A program made the position numbers and the translations under genes. The notes under the pieces are model-generated. The model saw nothing but the letters and a program-made list of their open reading frames with translations. It was not told the origin of the DNA and made no database searches. Of a DNA stretch of 64,000 bases, positions 1 through 10,404 are shown piece by piece; position 1 is the first letter of the stretch, and every line of letters starts with the position of its first letter. Origin of the DNA: a virus (Duplodnaviria; Caudoviricetes); IMG/VR virus record IMGVR_UViG_2731957907_000001, positions 13,073-77,072 of that record. One strand, written 5' to 3'.

Positions 1-3000
1 ACGAAGGTCGTAGACCGCTGGATGAACCCCAACTTGGTTCACGCTGCGATCACTGCCCGCACCCAATCCACCCTGTACGAAACCACGGCAGGTGCTCTAT
101 TGGTGCCAGGCTCGTTCGGCGCCGGCGCCACCAAGCTCAATGCCACGTCCAGCATCGACAACTTGACCGCCAGCGGCACCTACGGGTGGGGCACCGCCAC
201 CACAGGACGTCCGGTTGACGGCGAGGCCGGCGAAGTCATCCATATGACGGGTGACACCACAGCCTTTGCCACGCAGCTGGTTACCAGCCACACCAGCAAG
301 CGCGCTTGGCTGCGCCGCAAGAACAACAACTCCTGGTCGCAGGTCGAGCTGTTCACGTCAGACAACCAGCTCAGTATCGGGACCAGTCCCCAGTCCGCTC
401 GAGAAGCCCTGGAGTTGGGTAACGCTGCGCAGGCAACGCTCACCAGTAACGCGCGTGACAGCACGGTCGGCAGGGTATTGCGGGTCGGTGACTTCGGGCT
501 GGGTACCACTGACCTTGTGGACCTGCAGCTGGACATGGACACGCTGACGGCCACCGGCTTCTACCTGGTAACCGCCAGTTCCACCAATGCGCCGATGCCA
601 GGTTCGACTGGCATGGTCATCGTTATGACCAATGCCAGCAAGTGGACGCAACAACTGTTCATGCCGCAAGGCTCAACCCGCATGTTCCAGCGGGCCAGTA
701 ACAATGGCGTCTGGACCGCGTGGACTGAATCGTGGTCATCCAGCAACCTGGTTAAGACTTCCAAGAACAGCGACAGCACGCTGGGCCGCATGCTGCAGGT
801 GGGCGACTTCGGTATTGGGTCGCTCGACCTGGCCGCCAACAACATCGTGGACGACGTAGACGATGTGACGCTTCCCAATGGCACCTATGGCGTAAACAGC
901 CAGACGCTGGGCAGCAAGCCAAATACATGGGGCATCCTGCAGGTCGTGGGCCGCAAGAACCAAGCAGGCACCTCGGCTCGAATCACCCAGACCTTCATCG
1001 AAACCGATGCGGGATACCCGCGTGAATGGAAACGGGCTTACAAGGCATCTGGGTCGTCTTGGTCGGACTGGGTAGAAGTCTGGACCGGGCAGAACGCCCA
1101 GAAAACCCAGAGTACGACTGATACCACTGCCGGGCGCCTGGTGCGCGTGGGTGACTATGGGCTAGGCGCGCAGCTGTCGGTAATTGACGCGAACGATGCG
1201 ATTGTCGCTGGATTCTATCGGCTCGATGGGACCTACAAAAACAGTCCAGTCGCCAATGCCCCGGTCTGGCTTCTAGTCCAAGTGTTCAATAGCAGTGTGG
1301 TGCAGTATGCCTCGTTGGCTGGCACACCCACCGCAGACCTTTGGATCCGCAAGAAGGTTGGAGCTACAGGCGTCTGGGGCCCGTGGGCTGAATTCTCGAA
1401 GGTCGGTGACTTCGGCGTCGGCGCCACTACCATGGCGGGCATCAAGAACATTGACGATCAGTCGCTTGCCAACGGCTGGTACGCCGTGATTTCGGCCACT
1501 GTTGGCGACAAGCCGGCGAGCTTTGGTGTGCTGCAGGTGAGTGGGCGGAATAACTTCTCCGGCTCGGGCGGGCGTGTAGCTCAGACGTTCTTCGCAACCG
1601 ATGGTGTCCCGCGGATGTGGAGCCGGACTTACACCGGTACCGGTCCTGACACTGCATGGAGCGCTTGGGCAGAGTCCTGGACCCGGGCCAACCTCCAGAA
1701 AACCGAGTCCGTAGATGACAGCACTGTTGGGCGCATGCTCAAGGTTGGGGACTTCGGCATTGGCTCGGTTGCAGCCGTGTCACTGGGTGCCAACAGCCTC
1801 GATGACATCGCCGCCAGCGGTTTCTATTTCGGCGTCAAAGGTACAACCCCGGGCGTCTGGCCCAGCGGTCAAGCCAAGTGCGACCTGAATAGCCCGGTCA
1901 TCATTCATGCTGCTGCCAACACAAGCGCTTCGCAAAGCCAGCTGCTCATCGATCGGGACTCGAACACGTTCTACTACCGTGGTCGGGCGTCCAGCGCCTG
2001 GAAACCATGGGTCAAAGTTGCTACGCCTGAAGACATCACCACAGCCCTTGCTTTGGTTGGGCTGGGACTGACTGGCGCCGCGAACGCGATAGCAGGGGGT
2101 ACTGACCTCAACAAAATCGTTACCTCGGGCTCCTACGGGCAGTCGCAGAATGCTCAGGCCAGCCTTTCGCTCAACTACCCGATCGCCAAGGCGGGCTCGC
2201 TATTCGTCCAGAACGGCGGTACAGCGATCACTACTCAGCTCTACCAGGAATACGACACAGGAAGGGTGTGGAACCGGTCGCGGTACAACCAGACCTGGTC
2301 GGCCTGGTCCATGTGCTGGGATACGGACACCTTGGCTAAGACCGAGAGCGCCACCGATACCACGGCCGGTCGGCTGCTCAAGGTTGGTGACTTTGGCCTG
2401 GGCGGCCAGCTGGCTGTAACCGATGCGAACGATGCGGTGCTCTCGGGCTTCTATCGCCTGAGCAGCCCCTACAAGAACAGCCCGTTCCAGGATAAGCCCT
2501 CGTTCCTGCTGGTCCTGGCCTACGACACCAACGTCGTCCAGTACGCTTCGGTAGCAGGCAACACCACTGCTGATCTGTGGGTGCGGAAAAAGCTGTGGAG
2601 CACAGGCGCTTGGGGTGCCTGGACCGAAGTCGTCAAAGTCGGTGACTACGGCCTCGGGGCAGTCTCGCTCCCCTACATCACTGACATCAACGACCAAAGT
2701 TTGGGTAATGGCTGGTACGCCGTAAACCCCGCCGTATCTGGCGATCGGCCCGATGGCGGCAACTACGGCGTGCTGCTGGTCAGTGGGCGAGCCAACAAAG
2801 CGGGTAACGGCGGCCGTGTTGCGCAGACGTTCTTCTCCACTGAGGGAACCGCACCGCGTGTCTGGAACCGTATTTTCTACGGTACCACCTCGCTATTGAC
2901 CTGGAGCGCCTGGGTTGAGTCTTGGACCACGGGCAACCTCGAGAAAACTGAGTCTGCTTGGGATGCGACAGCAGGGCGAATGCTCAAGGTCGGTGACTTC

Positions 3001-5457
3001 GGACTCGGCTCAGGCGGCGTACCGCTCAACGGCACCAACATCGACAACCTGTTCGCGAGCGGCTTTTACTTCGGCGCCAAGGGCACGACGCCTGGCACAT
3101 GGCCAAGTGGGGCTAAAACCTGCGATCTGAATTACCCACTGGTCATTCATGTTGCCGCCCCGCAAAACACGGCCGCTCACGGCCAATACCTGATGGATCG
3201 TGATACCAACACAGTCTATTACCGCGCGCGCACCAGCAGCTGGAAACCATGGCAGAAGATGGCGACCACCGGCGATATCACTGACGCCTTGGGCGCCGTG
3301 GGTCTAGGCCTCACCGGCGTGGCCAACGCCATTCCTGCCGGTAGCAACCTCAACAACTATGTCACTTCGGGGTCTTTCGGCCAGGCCCTGAATGCCCAGA
3401 CCAGCCTGGATCTGAACTATCCAATTGCCAAGGCTGGCACGCTGTTTGTCCAGAACGGCGGCACAGGGATCACCACCCAGCTGTACCAGGAGTTCAGCAA
3501 CGGGCGGACATGGAACCGCTCGCGCTACAACGATGTGTGGTCGACGTGGTCGATGTGCTGGGACACCGACACGCTGGTCAAAACGTCGGGGGACCTGGAC
3601 TCGACCCCTGGTCGCATGCTCAAGGTTGGTGACTATGGCATTGGCCTGACGAAGGCGCCGAAAACGGTTATCGCCAGTGAGGCCGAGTGGGCCAAGCCCG
3701 CTGGTTGGAGTGGGTTCATTGATGTTGCCGCCACCAAAGCCAAGGGCGTAACGGTTCCCACCAGCGTTACAGGGGTGATGCCCACCTATGGCATGTGGCA
3801 AATCCTGGGCCGGCGCGATGCCCAAGATGGCTATACCGGTGTCTTCACTGACTATGGCACTGGCCGGATGTGGATCGGCTATCAAACGGTCGGCGGTAAC
3901 CCGATCATCTTCAAAGAGGTGCTGAGCGAAACCAACGTTTCTCCCTTCGCACTCACTCTGCTGGACGATGTGAACCAGGCCGCAGCCCAGGCGACCTTGG
4001 GTATCCCTGCCCTGATCAACTCCCTGGTCTACGGCATCACCACCAAGGATATTTCCGGGAAGAACAACGTAACGCTGACCGCCACTGAGGCCGCCGCCGG
4101 CGTGCTGTGGTTCACCGGTACCCTGACAGGCAACGTAGATGTCATCGTTCCGCTTGGCCAAAGCAAATGGACGGTTTACAACCGAACCTCAGGCGACTTC
4201 GGGGTGCGCATCAAGACCGCATCCGGGGTTGGCCAGTGGGTGCCGCAAGGCATGCAAGCCGATATCGTCAATGGCGGCACGAACTGCTATTTCGGGGCCA
4301 ACGCGTTCCCAGAGGGCAAGTTCAATGGCCCACTGACTGTCGAATCGACTAACGGCCTGAGGCTCATCGACTCAGGGCGTAAGTACGGCACCATCTGGCG
4401 CAACGACGGCACTACCCTTTACCTGCTACTGACCGCTTTGAACGACCCAGAGGGCGGCTGGAGCGCCCTGCGACCGTTCCAGGTTGAGCTGGCGACGGGC
4501 ATGCCTTCGTTCGCCAATGGCGCAAAGGTTGCGGCTCCCCCTGCTCGGGACAAGTCCACCCAAGCACCTAACAGCGCGTGGGTGCAGAACGAAATCGAGT
4601 ACAACACCCGTCGCTATACCAGCGTGGGCATCGGCGCCAGCGGTAACATTACGCTTTCGGCAGCGAATGCCGGCCGCTGGACAAATATGACCGCGGTCGG
4701 GTCGACCGCCACCCTCCCGTCAAGCAGCTCGATTGGCGATGGCCTTGTTTACCAGATCCGCAACCAAGCCGCAGGGGACGTGAATATCACTCACCCAGGC
4801 GGAAACATCCAGCAGGAGCTGGGTAACAACAAGGCTACGATGGTCCTGAAGTACAACGAGTGGGTAGAGCTGACTAGCAGCGGCACAAGCTACTGGATCA
4901 CGGGCCGTGGAAAGCTCGAGGAAGTTGCCACAGTAAGCCTGTTGGGTGACCGCGTGGGCGAAGTTGCATTCTTCGCCGGCGACACGCCGCCAGATGGCTT
5001 CATGAAGCGCAACGGCGCGGCAATTTCTCGAACGACCTATAGCGCGCTGTTCGCCAAGATCGGTACCACATATGGCGCCGGTGATGGCTCGAACACCTTC
5101 AACCTGCCGGATGACCGCGGCCTATTTGTTCGTGGTTGGTCGGACGGAGCCGACTATGACCCTGGCCGGGTTTTCGGCTCGATCCAGGAAGGCCAGAACG
5201 CCGCGCACAACCACAAAGCTTATACAGCCGCTGCCGGTGCGCACTCCCATACGATGACGTTTATCCGCGAAAGGATTACCGCCGGTTTCGTGATGGAGGG
5301 GGGTAACGCTGTGTTTGGCGACCAGCTGAGCGACGGCACGCAGACGCTGACATCCAGCACATACCCGGCGCACGTTCACACCGTGAGCGTTCATGACAGC
5401 GGTGGCGACGAAGCACGCCCAGTCAACCGCGCATACCTGCCCTGCATCAAATATTGA
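1..5457 (+). CDS. Long modular tail fibre protein, 5'-truncated by window edge (tandem knob-like repeats, C-terminal tail collar domain)
   Basis: Frame is open from base 1; about 12 modules starting (R)xLKVGD(F/Y)GxG and ending W(S/T)xW; collar motif GEVAFFAG..PDGFMKRNGAAISRTTYSALFAKIGTTYGAGDGSNTFNLPDDRGLFVRG. Confidence 0.93.
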   Translation, partial: TKVVDRWMNPNLVHAAITARTQSTLYETTAGALLVPGSFGAGATKLNATSSIDNLTASGTYGWGTATTGRPVDGEAGEVIHMTGDTTAFATQLVTSHTSKRAWLRRKNNNSWSQVELFTSDNQLSIGTSPQSAREALELGNAAQATLTSNARDSTVGRVLRVGDFGLGTTDLVDLQLDMDTLTATGFYLVTASSTNAPMPGSTGMVIVMTNASKWTQQLFMPQGSTRMFQRASNNGVWTAWTESWSSSNLVKTSKNSDSTLGRMLQVGDFGIGSLDLAANNIVDDVDDVTLPNGTYGVNSQTLGSKPNTWGILQVVGRKNQAGTSARITQTFIETDAGYPREWKRAYKASGSSWSDWVEVWTGQNAQKTQSTTDTTAGRLVRVGDYGLGAQLSVIDANDAIVAGFYRLDGTYKNSPVANAPVWLLVQVFNSSVVQYASLAGTPTADLWIRKKVGATGVWGPWAEFSKVGDFGVGATTMAGIKNIDDQSLANGWYAVISATVGDKPASFGVLQVSGRNNFSGSGGRVAQTFFATDGVPRMWSRTYTGTGPDTAWSAWAESWTRANLQKTESVDDSTVGRMLKVGDFGIGSVAAVSLGANSLDDIAASGFYFGVKGTTPGVWPSGQAKCDLNSPVIIHAAANTSASQSQLLIDRDSNTFYYRGRASSAWKPWVKVATPEDITTALALVGLGLTGAANAIAGGTDLNKIVTSGSYGQSQNAQASLSLNYPIAKAGSLFVQNGGTAITTQLYQEYDTGRVWNRSRYNQTWSAWSMCWDTDTLAKTESATDTTAGRLLKVGDFGLGGQLAVTDANDAVLSGFYRLSSPYKNSPFQDKPSFLLVLAYDTNVVQYASVAGNTTADLWVRKKLWSTGAWGAWTEVVKVGDYGLGAVSLPYITDINDQSLGNGWYAVNPAVSGDRPDGGNYGVLLVSGRANKAGNGGRVAQTFFSTEGTAPRVWNRIFYGTTSLLTWSAWVESWTTGNLEKTESAWDATAGRMLKVGDFGLGSGGVPLNGTNIDNLFASGFYFGAKGTTPGTWPSGAKTCDLNYPLVIHVAAPQNTAAHGQYLMDRDTNTVYYRARTSSWKPWQKMATTGDITDALGAVGLGLTGVANAIPAGSNLNNYVTSGSFGQALNAQTSLDLNYPIAKAGTLFVQNGGTGITTQLYQEFSNGRTWNRSRYNDVWSTWSMCWDTDTLVKTSGDLDSTPGRMLKVGDYGIGLTKAPKTVIASEAEWAKPAGWSGFIDVAATKAKGVTVPTSVTGVMPTYGMWQILGRRDAQDGYTGVFTDYGTGRMWIGYQTVGGNPIIFKEVLSETNVSPFALTLLDDVNQAAAQATLGIPALINSLVYGITTKDISGKNNVTLTATEAAAGVLWFTGTLTGNVDVIVPLGQSKWTVYNRTSGDFGVRIKTASGVGQWVPQGMQADIVNGGTNCYFGANAFPEGKFNGPLTVESTNGLRLIDSGRKYGTIWRNDGTTLYLLLTALNDPEGGWSALRPFQVELATGMPSFANGAKVAAPPARDKSTQAPNSAWVQNEIEYNTRRYTSVGIGASGNITLSAANAGRWTNMTAVGSTATLPSSSSIGDGLVYQIRNQAAGDVNITHPGGNIQQELGNNKATMVLKYNEWVELTSSGTSYWITGRGKLEEVATVSLLGDRVGEVAFFAGDTPPDGFMKRNGAAISRTTYSALFAKIGTTYGAGDGSNTFNLPDDRGLFVRGWSDGADYDPGRVFGSIQEGQNAAHNHKAYTAAAGAHSHTMTFIRERITAGFVMEGGNAVFGDQLSDGTQTLTSSTYPAHVHTVSVHDSGGDEARPVNRAYLPCIKY

Positions 5458-5467
5458 GGTTTTAGCT

Positions 5468-6334
5468 ATGACCCTACAAATCGAACAACAGACCGAGCCA
5501 CAGAATGAGAGCGCAGCGCCGGTAACAAGTTGGTGGAAAGTTGAAGGCATCCAGGCACCACGGGTGAGTAGTTACAACCCCTACACCCGTGAGTTCACCG
5601 GCATTGGCACAGCCGACCCCAGCCCTCTGGAACGTGGTGTGTGGTTGATCCCTGGCTTGGCAGTCATTGGGGAAGCCCCGACACCCCAACCTGGGCATGT
5701 GATGGTCCTCGAGCAGGATGGTCGCAGCTGGGTAGAGGTAGTCGACCATCGTGGCAAGACTGTGTACAGCGTCGAAACACAGGAGGCTGTGGTCTGGGGC
5801 GCCTTGGGCGATCTTCCGGACACCTATACCTTCCTCGAGCCACAAGGCCGGTTCACTACGTGGGACGGCTCAGCCTGGGTTGAAGACCAGGCCCTGAAAA
5901 CCGCTGCATTGAAGGAAAACGCGTTGCTCAAGCAGCAGCACCTTACCCAGCTGGCAAAAGAGAACATTGGGCGGCTCACGCTGGCCGTTCGCCTTGAAAT
6001 GGCCACCGTCCAAGAGGTTGAACGGCTCAAGGCATGGGAAGTTTACCTGGTGCTTCTGGGCCGGCTTGAGCCCATGCAGATCCTGCCGAGCGTCAGCGAC
6101 TGGCCAGCCGCACCTGTTGCTGACGCTGTGAATCTCTGGCTAGCGAGCGTGCATTTCGAAGACTTGGCCGAACAGCTGGCAGCTGAAGACACACCAAGCA
6201 CCGAAAGCACCGAAAGCACCGAAAGCACCAGCGTCCAAGCCGTGGCAGAAACACCTGGTGACTCAGGCGCCACTAGCACCAAAAGCACTAAAGGTGCAAA
6301 AAGCACTAAGAGCACTAAAGGTTCTGCCGAGTAA
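5468..6334 (+). CDS. Tail fibre assembly chaperone (Tfa-like) with low-complexity C-terminal extension
   Basis: Follows fibre, GAGG before ATG 5468; motifs W..V.DHRG.TVY, LG.LP..YT...P, WDGSAWVED, L.AW..Y.V.L, WP..P. Confidence 0.85.
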   Translation: MTLQIEQQTEPQNESAAPVTSWWKVEGIQAPRVSSYNPYTREFTGIGTADPSPLERGVWLIPGLAVIGEAPTPQPGHVMVLEQDGRSWVEVVDHRGKTVYSVETQEAVVWGALGDLPDTYTFLEPQGRFTTWDGSAWVEDQALKTAALKENALLKQQHLTQLAKENIGRLTLAVRLEMATVQEVERLKAWEVYLVLLGRLEPMQILPSVSDWPAAPVADAVNLWLASVHFEDLAEQLAAEDTPSTESTESTESTSVQAVAETPGDSGATSTKSTKGAKSTKSTKGSAE

Positions 6335-6385
6335 GGCGAAGCCCACATAACGCGCCAGCCTCGCGCTGGCGCTTGCGAGGACATG

Positions 6386-7156
6386 ATGGCGCAAGATTTA
6401 AACGGCAGCTTTGACCAGATCAATGCGGCGTGGGGGCAGTACATGAACCGCTGGTTCAGCGAGCTGTATGCCAATACCAAGCCCGTAGAGGGCTTTCGGG
6501 CCAGACCATTCAGCAAGGCTGTGATGTGGGCGCCAATGCGAATGATCGATGCGGCCGAAGACATGCTGGCGGCCTACCGCAAGAACATGAACGGTCCTGA
6601 CGGTGCGAATACCCTGTTTCCGATCGTCTTGATGGCTGTGGACCCGAACTACCTGGGCACCGGCGCTGACTTCGGCGGCGATCATATCGCCCGTCGCCTG
6701 CTCCAGATTGAGGAAGGTGGGTCCTGGTACGGCTATCAGCACTCTCTGGTCGACCAGCGCCTGCAGGTGGTCGTCATCGCCAGCGAGAGCACTTCGGCCA
6801 AGAGCCTGTGCGGCCAGCTGTCAGCATTCGTGAAGCGGCCGAGCAACCGCTACCTGTCCGCCGATTATCGATTCGGGCAGTACAGCATCCCAGGCCCAAT
6901 AACCCTTGAAACCAATCGCATCGACTGGATGGAGGTCAAGACCAGCCTGAAGAACATCAAGATACTGGCCGCTGACTTCATCCTCAAATGCACGGTCCCG
7001 CACCTGGATGCACCTGGTCCAGATGAGCCAAACGACGGTACTGCACACAACCCGCCTGGCTACCCGCTGGTGCAGGAAATCCAAATTGATGACGTTGCAG
7101 CCAAGACGCGCAGCAATACGTCTGCAGGCGGCACCAGCTGGAGCCGGTTGGAATGA
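6386..7156 (+). CDS. Tail/neck structural protein (probable P1 gp24-like tail completion protein)
   Basis: GAGGA SD; first gene of operon ending in spike and PAAR; assignment mainly from synteny. Confidence 0.5.
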   Translation: MAQDLNGSFDQINAAWGQYMNRWFSELYANTKPVEGFRARPFSKAVMWAPMRMIDAAEDMLAAYRKNMNGPDGANTLFPIVLMAVDPNYLGTGADFGGDHIARRLLQIEEGGSWYGYQHSLVDQRLQVVVIASESTSAKSLCGQLSAFVKRPSNRYLSADYRFGQYSIPGPITLETNRIDWMEVKTSLKNIKILAADFILKCTVPHLDAPGPDEPNDGTAHNPPGYPLVQEIQIDDVAAKTRSNTSAGGTSWSRLE

Positions 7157-8052
7157 ACGTGTTCCTACGCGAAGGGGGGGATATGGTCCCTACCGACGTG
7201 GTTCTTGCTTGGCGCAATCGCTCCGATCTGGCCCCAGTACCCCGAACGCTTGAGTTCACCGTGAAGCTGATCGATGGGGTGAAGGAGCGGGTAAAGGCGG
7301 GGGCCTCGGTATGGTCCGGTCGTGAAAACCTCGAGTACCTAATCGTTAAGACGGACCGCGGCCAACCCCTGGGCCAGGTCCAGGGCGCCAACCAGCAACA
7401 AGCGATGAAGGTAACGGCGCTGTTGCGCAACTGTGCGGCGATCGCCAGCGCCCGCTCCATGGCCGTGATCCAGGAGAACACCACATTCGGGGCAGCGTAC
7501 CGCGCGTGCGGTGCCTACGCGCAGGTTGAAAACGACTTCGCGGTGCCTCGGTTTTCATGCTTCAAAGGCAAGATCCCAAGCTTTCCACTGGTGCAGATCC
7601 TCCAGGAAGAAGGCGCCGCCCTGATCATGCGCAAGGGCCGCATCGGCGCTATGCGTTTGGCTGACATGGCCAAACAGGTGCCGGTAGATAGCATTGGCCA
7701 GATCGACAGCACGGCGAAGATCGAAAGCGACTACCTCCAGCTGCAAGAGATACCGAGCTACTACAGCACCAACGTTAACGCTGGCCTGGTAAATGGACCC
7801 AACAGTCAGGTGCGAGCCATCGACTACCGGCCTCGAGCAGACGTGCGCCGGCTGCGCAACGCTTCAAGCGTGCTGGTCAGGGCCAATACGGTGGATAGCA
7901 CCATCTGCCAGCAGATCCTTGCGGGAGACGTTCTGCAGGTGGCCGGGGAGAACCTGATAGTGATTACGGCGCTCCATGCGATGGAGAACCTTGAAGGGGC
8001 TCAGGAGAGCCGTAGCAGGCTTTGGCTTGGGAGACTCGAGAATGCCATTTGA
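7153..8052 (+). CDS. Baseplate hub-like protein (P1 gp6-like)
   Basis: ATGA overlap; ~300 aa gene immediately upstream of spike gene. Confidence 0.55.
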   Translation: MNVFLREGGDMVPTDVVLAWRNRSDLAPVPRTLEFTVKLIDGVKERVKAGASVWSGRENLEYLIVKTDRGQPLGQVQGANQQQAMKVTALLRNCAAIASARSMAVIQENTTFGAAYRACGAYAQVENDFAVPRFSCFKGKIPSFPLVQILQEEGAALIMRKGRIGAMRLADMAKQVPVDSIGQIDSTAKIESDYLQLQEIPSYYSTNVNAGLVNGPNSQVRAIDYRPRADVRRLRNASSVLVRANTVDSTICQQILAGDVLQVAGENLIVITALHAMENLEGAQESRSRLWLGRLENAI

Positions 8053-8503
8053 TCGCTGGCCAGCCTTCATACGCAGCGTGGACAGGAATGCCAGAGAGGT
8101 ACGGGTAGAGGTGCCTCCCTACACGGACGGTGCAGATGTCTGGCCCTTGGCGCAGATCGAGTACCCCATAGGGGATGACTCGAAAGACACTGAGATTCGC
8201 CTAGTTGAGGGACTTCCCGTATGGGTAGCCTTCGAAGCTGGCGACCCTCGGTATCCCATCATCACCGGTTACAGAAACCCCAATACCGGAAACGTCGTGG
8301 GCTGGCGCCGCTGGAATCATGACAACATCGAGCTCAATGCCGACCAGGTGGCCAACATCAATGCTGGCGAGGTGGTCAATATCAACGCCGATACGATCAA
8401 CCTAACGGCGAAGACGGCCATCAACCTGGTGGTGGGTGGGTCGAGCATCAAACTGACCGGCGCGCAGATCGCAGCGATTGCTGGTGTGATCAAACTCAAC
8501 TAA
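8042..8503 (+). CDS. Baseplate spike protein (gpV-like)
   Basis: OB-fold motif VWVAFEAGDPRYPIITG followed by beta-helix repeats (INAGEVVNINADTINLTAKTAINLVVGGSSIKLT). Confidence 0.85.
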   Translation: MPFDRWPAFIRSVDRNAREVRVEVPPYTDGADVWPLAQIEYPIGDDSKDTEIRLVEGLPVWVAFEAGDPRYPIITGYRNPNTGNVVGWRRWNHDNIELNADQVANINAGEVVNINADTINLTAKTAINLVVGGSSIKLTGAQIAAIAGVIKLN

Positions 8504-8514
8504 CAGGAGGCTAT

Positions 8515-8778
8515 ATGCCAGGAGCAGCACGGGTAGGTATCGACACAGCGGGCGGGGTGATCAATGGCAATCTGGCGCCGACAGTGCTGGTCAACGGGGC
8601 GCCGGTCGCAGTTGTCGGTGCTGGTGTATCCGGCCACGGGGTAGCGGCGCACGCCGGCCCGGTGATGGTTGGGGGGAGCGGCACAGTATTCGCCTGTGGG
8701 CTGGCCATCTGCCGTGCAGGCGATGCGGCCAGTTGCACGGACACAGCGACCGGATCGGCCAACGTCTTGGTGGGATAG
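8515..8778 (+). CDS. PAAR-like spike tip protein
   Basis: MPGAARVG..., VLVNGAPVAVVG, ICRAGDAASC, GSANVLVG; AGGAGG SD. Confidence 0.88.
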   Translation: MPGAARVGIDTAGGVINGNLAPTVLVNGAPVAVVGAGVSGHGVAAHAGPVMVGGSGTVFACGLAICRAGDAASCTDTATGSANVLVG

Positions 8779-8780
8779 GT

Positions 8781-8821
8781 GCAAAGGCCTGCCAACCAGG
8801 GCTGACGTGGTGCCGCACAAT
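8781..8821 (+). promoter_or_regulatory. Putative late promoter
   Basis: GCAAA at 8781 and CACAAT ending at 8821, same 41-nt geometry as the other copies. Confidence 0.5.
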
Positions 8822-8852
8822 TGCCCCCATACCTACACCATGGGGGCATACC

Positions 8853-9833
8853 ATGCCGGCAACAAACCCTCTCGATTTCTCCAGCGCTGCCAGTGCGGCT
8901 GGTGCGCTGAAGAAGGTCAAACAACTGATGATCCGCGCCGGCCAGGCCGTTGCCGGTACCGAGTTCATCGACAAGCCCAAGCGCACCAACGGCGTCACCT
9001 ACCGTCAGGCGGTGCTGACCCTGGCCAGCGGCCAACTTGTCACACTTCGCGTGACAGCCACCGGTGACATCTTCCAGGTGCTGCTCAATAGCACCGTCGT
9101 ACCGATCAAAGCCCACGACGACACTGCCAAGGCAGTAGCTGAAATTGCCGCCTTGGCTGAAAAGAACCAGGCCGCGTTCCAGAAGGCCCAGGCGCGCAAG
9201 GCTATTGCGCTTCCTCCCGGGATGACCACGCCGAAGCCGAAGATGGCCGCCGTGTTGGCTGAGCGCGGAGCGCAGCTGGATATCCTGATTGCCGAGCGGC
9301 GTGCCACCGTGGCCGACCTGCAGCAGCAGCTGGGCGCCATGACCGACTCCAGTGAAACTGTGGACGAGCAAGGCCCGGCAATGCCCTTTGCAGCAGCGTA
9401 CATCGCTGCCTGTGACGTGGTGACGGCCAAGCCCGAATTGCTCGACAGCGCCGCTACAGCGGACGCTGTGGCACAGTTACGCATCGCTTTGGATGTGGTG
9501 GAGACGAACCAGCCGATCAACCAGGCCGCCGGCAACCTGGAACAGGCAAATTACGAGAAGCGGTGCGCCGAATCGTTCCGCCTGGCCATCAGCATGCTCG
9601 ATAGCGCAAGCAAAGCGCTGACTGAGCCCGGTCTGGAGCAGCTGGTGGCGATCGCCGCGATATCCGCAGCAGAGGACGGCGATATCAAGAGCCAGGAAGC
9701 GCTGGCTGAGCTCTTGGGCCTTGGCCTGGTTGAAGCCACGGACGGTCTGTACATCGTCACCGCGAAGGGCAACAGCGCCCTAGAGGACGCCGGGTATGAC
9801 GTATATGGCGAGCCTTTCGCCGCCAACGACTAG
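8853..9833 (+). CDS. hdf: Hdf-like protein (DarA N-terminal domain homologue), head-associated antirestriction component
   Basis: KPKRTNGVTYRQAVLTLASGQLVTLRVTATGDIFQVLLN...AEKNQAAFQKAQ parallels the DarA_N region of the 12330 protein (KNSAKFAQAN). Confidence 0.7.
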   Translation: MPATNPLDFSSAASAAGALKKVKQLMIRAGQAVAGTEFIDKPKRTNGVTYRQAVLTLASGQLVTLRVTATGDIFQVLLNSTVVPIKAHDDTAKAVAEIAALAEKNQAAFQKAQARKAIALPPGMTTPKPKMAAVLAERGAQLDILIAERRATVADLQQQLGAMTDSSETVDEQGPAMPFAAAYIAACDVVTAKPELLDSAATADAVAQLRIALDVVETNQPINQAAGNLEQANYEKRCAESFRLAISMLDSASKALTEPGLEQLVAIAAISAAEDGDIKSQEALAELLGLGLVEATDGLYIVTAKGNSALEDAGYDVYGEPFAAND

Positions 9834-10291
9834 ATGGACATGATGGCGTAGAGCTTGGCCACACGGTCCGCCATGCTCGCGCTGCTGGTGATAGCAAACT
9901 GGCGATCGACGAAGTGCACGATCGCCAGGATGGCCATCTGGGCATTGTCGATATTGGGGTCCAGTCGGTATTGCTGCCCCTTCTCATCGATACCATCGGT
10001 TTCGATCCGCGGCTTATAGCGCATTGCGCGTTCGCTGAACGTCAATCTGTCTTGCCCTACCATTTCCCTGTACGAACGAATCGCATCGCTCAGGTGTTCC
10101 TCTTTGAACAGCGAGTCGTAGGCCGGAAGCTTCAAGTTGGTCACCAGCGCCATACCTTCCTGGCGCTCCAGAATGCACTTCTCCGTTTGCTTGACGATGG
10201 CCAGCGTTCCATCAGGCGTGCGGTGAGCTGCAATGGTTACAGCGTCAGCACCGTTCGAGCCGTACCCGCCAATCGTGCACAGAATTTTCAA
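9830..10291 (-). CDS. Hypothetical protein
   Basis: 153-aa ORF, TTG start with GGGAG SD, convergent on hdf-like gene. Confidence 0.7.
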   Translation of the reverse strand: MKILCTIGGYGSNGADAVTIAAHRTPDGTLAIVKQTEKCILERQEGMALVTNLKLPAYDSLFKEEHLSDAIRSYREMVGQDRLTFSERAMRYKPRIETDGIDEKGQQYRLDPNIDNAQMAILAIVHFVDRQFAITSSASMADRVAKLYAIMSI

Positions 10292-10404
10292 GCTTTAAAC
10301 TCCCGTTAAATTACTAAAAATAGTAATATTTGCTTGTGCGTATGGATCTGTGGTGATACCTTCGATTTCCCAACCTTCAGCCAGAAGACACAAAGGAAAT
10401 CCCC

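Noticed and set aside
1-6334. P1-type invertible tail fibre segment (cin/cix)
   Set aside because: No serine invertase, no inverted alternative fibre end and no crossover sites seen in this window
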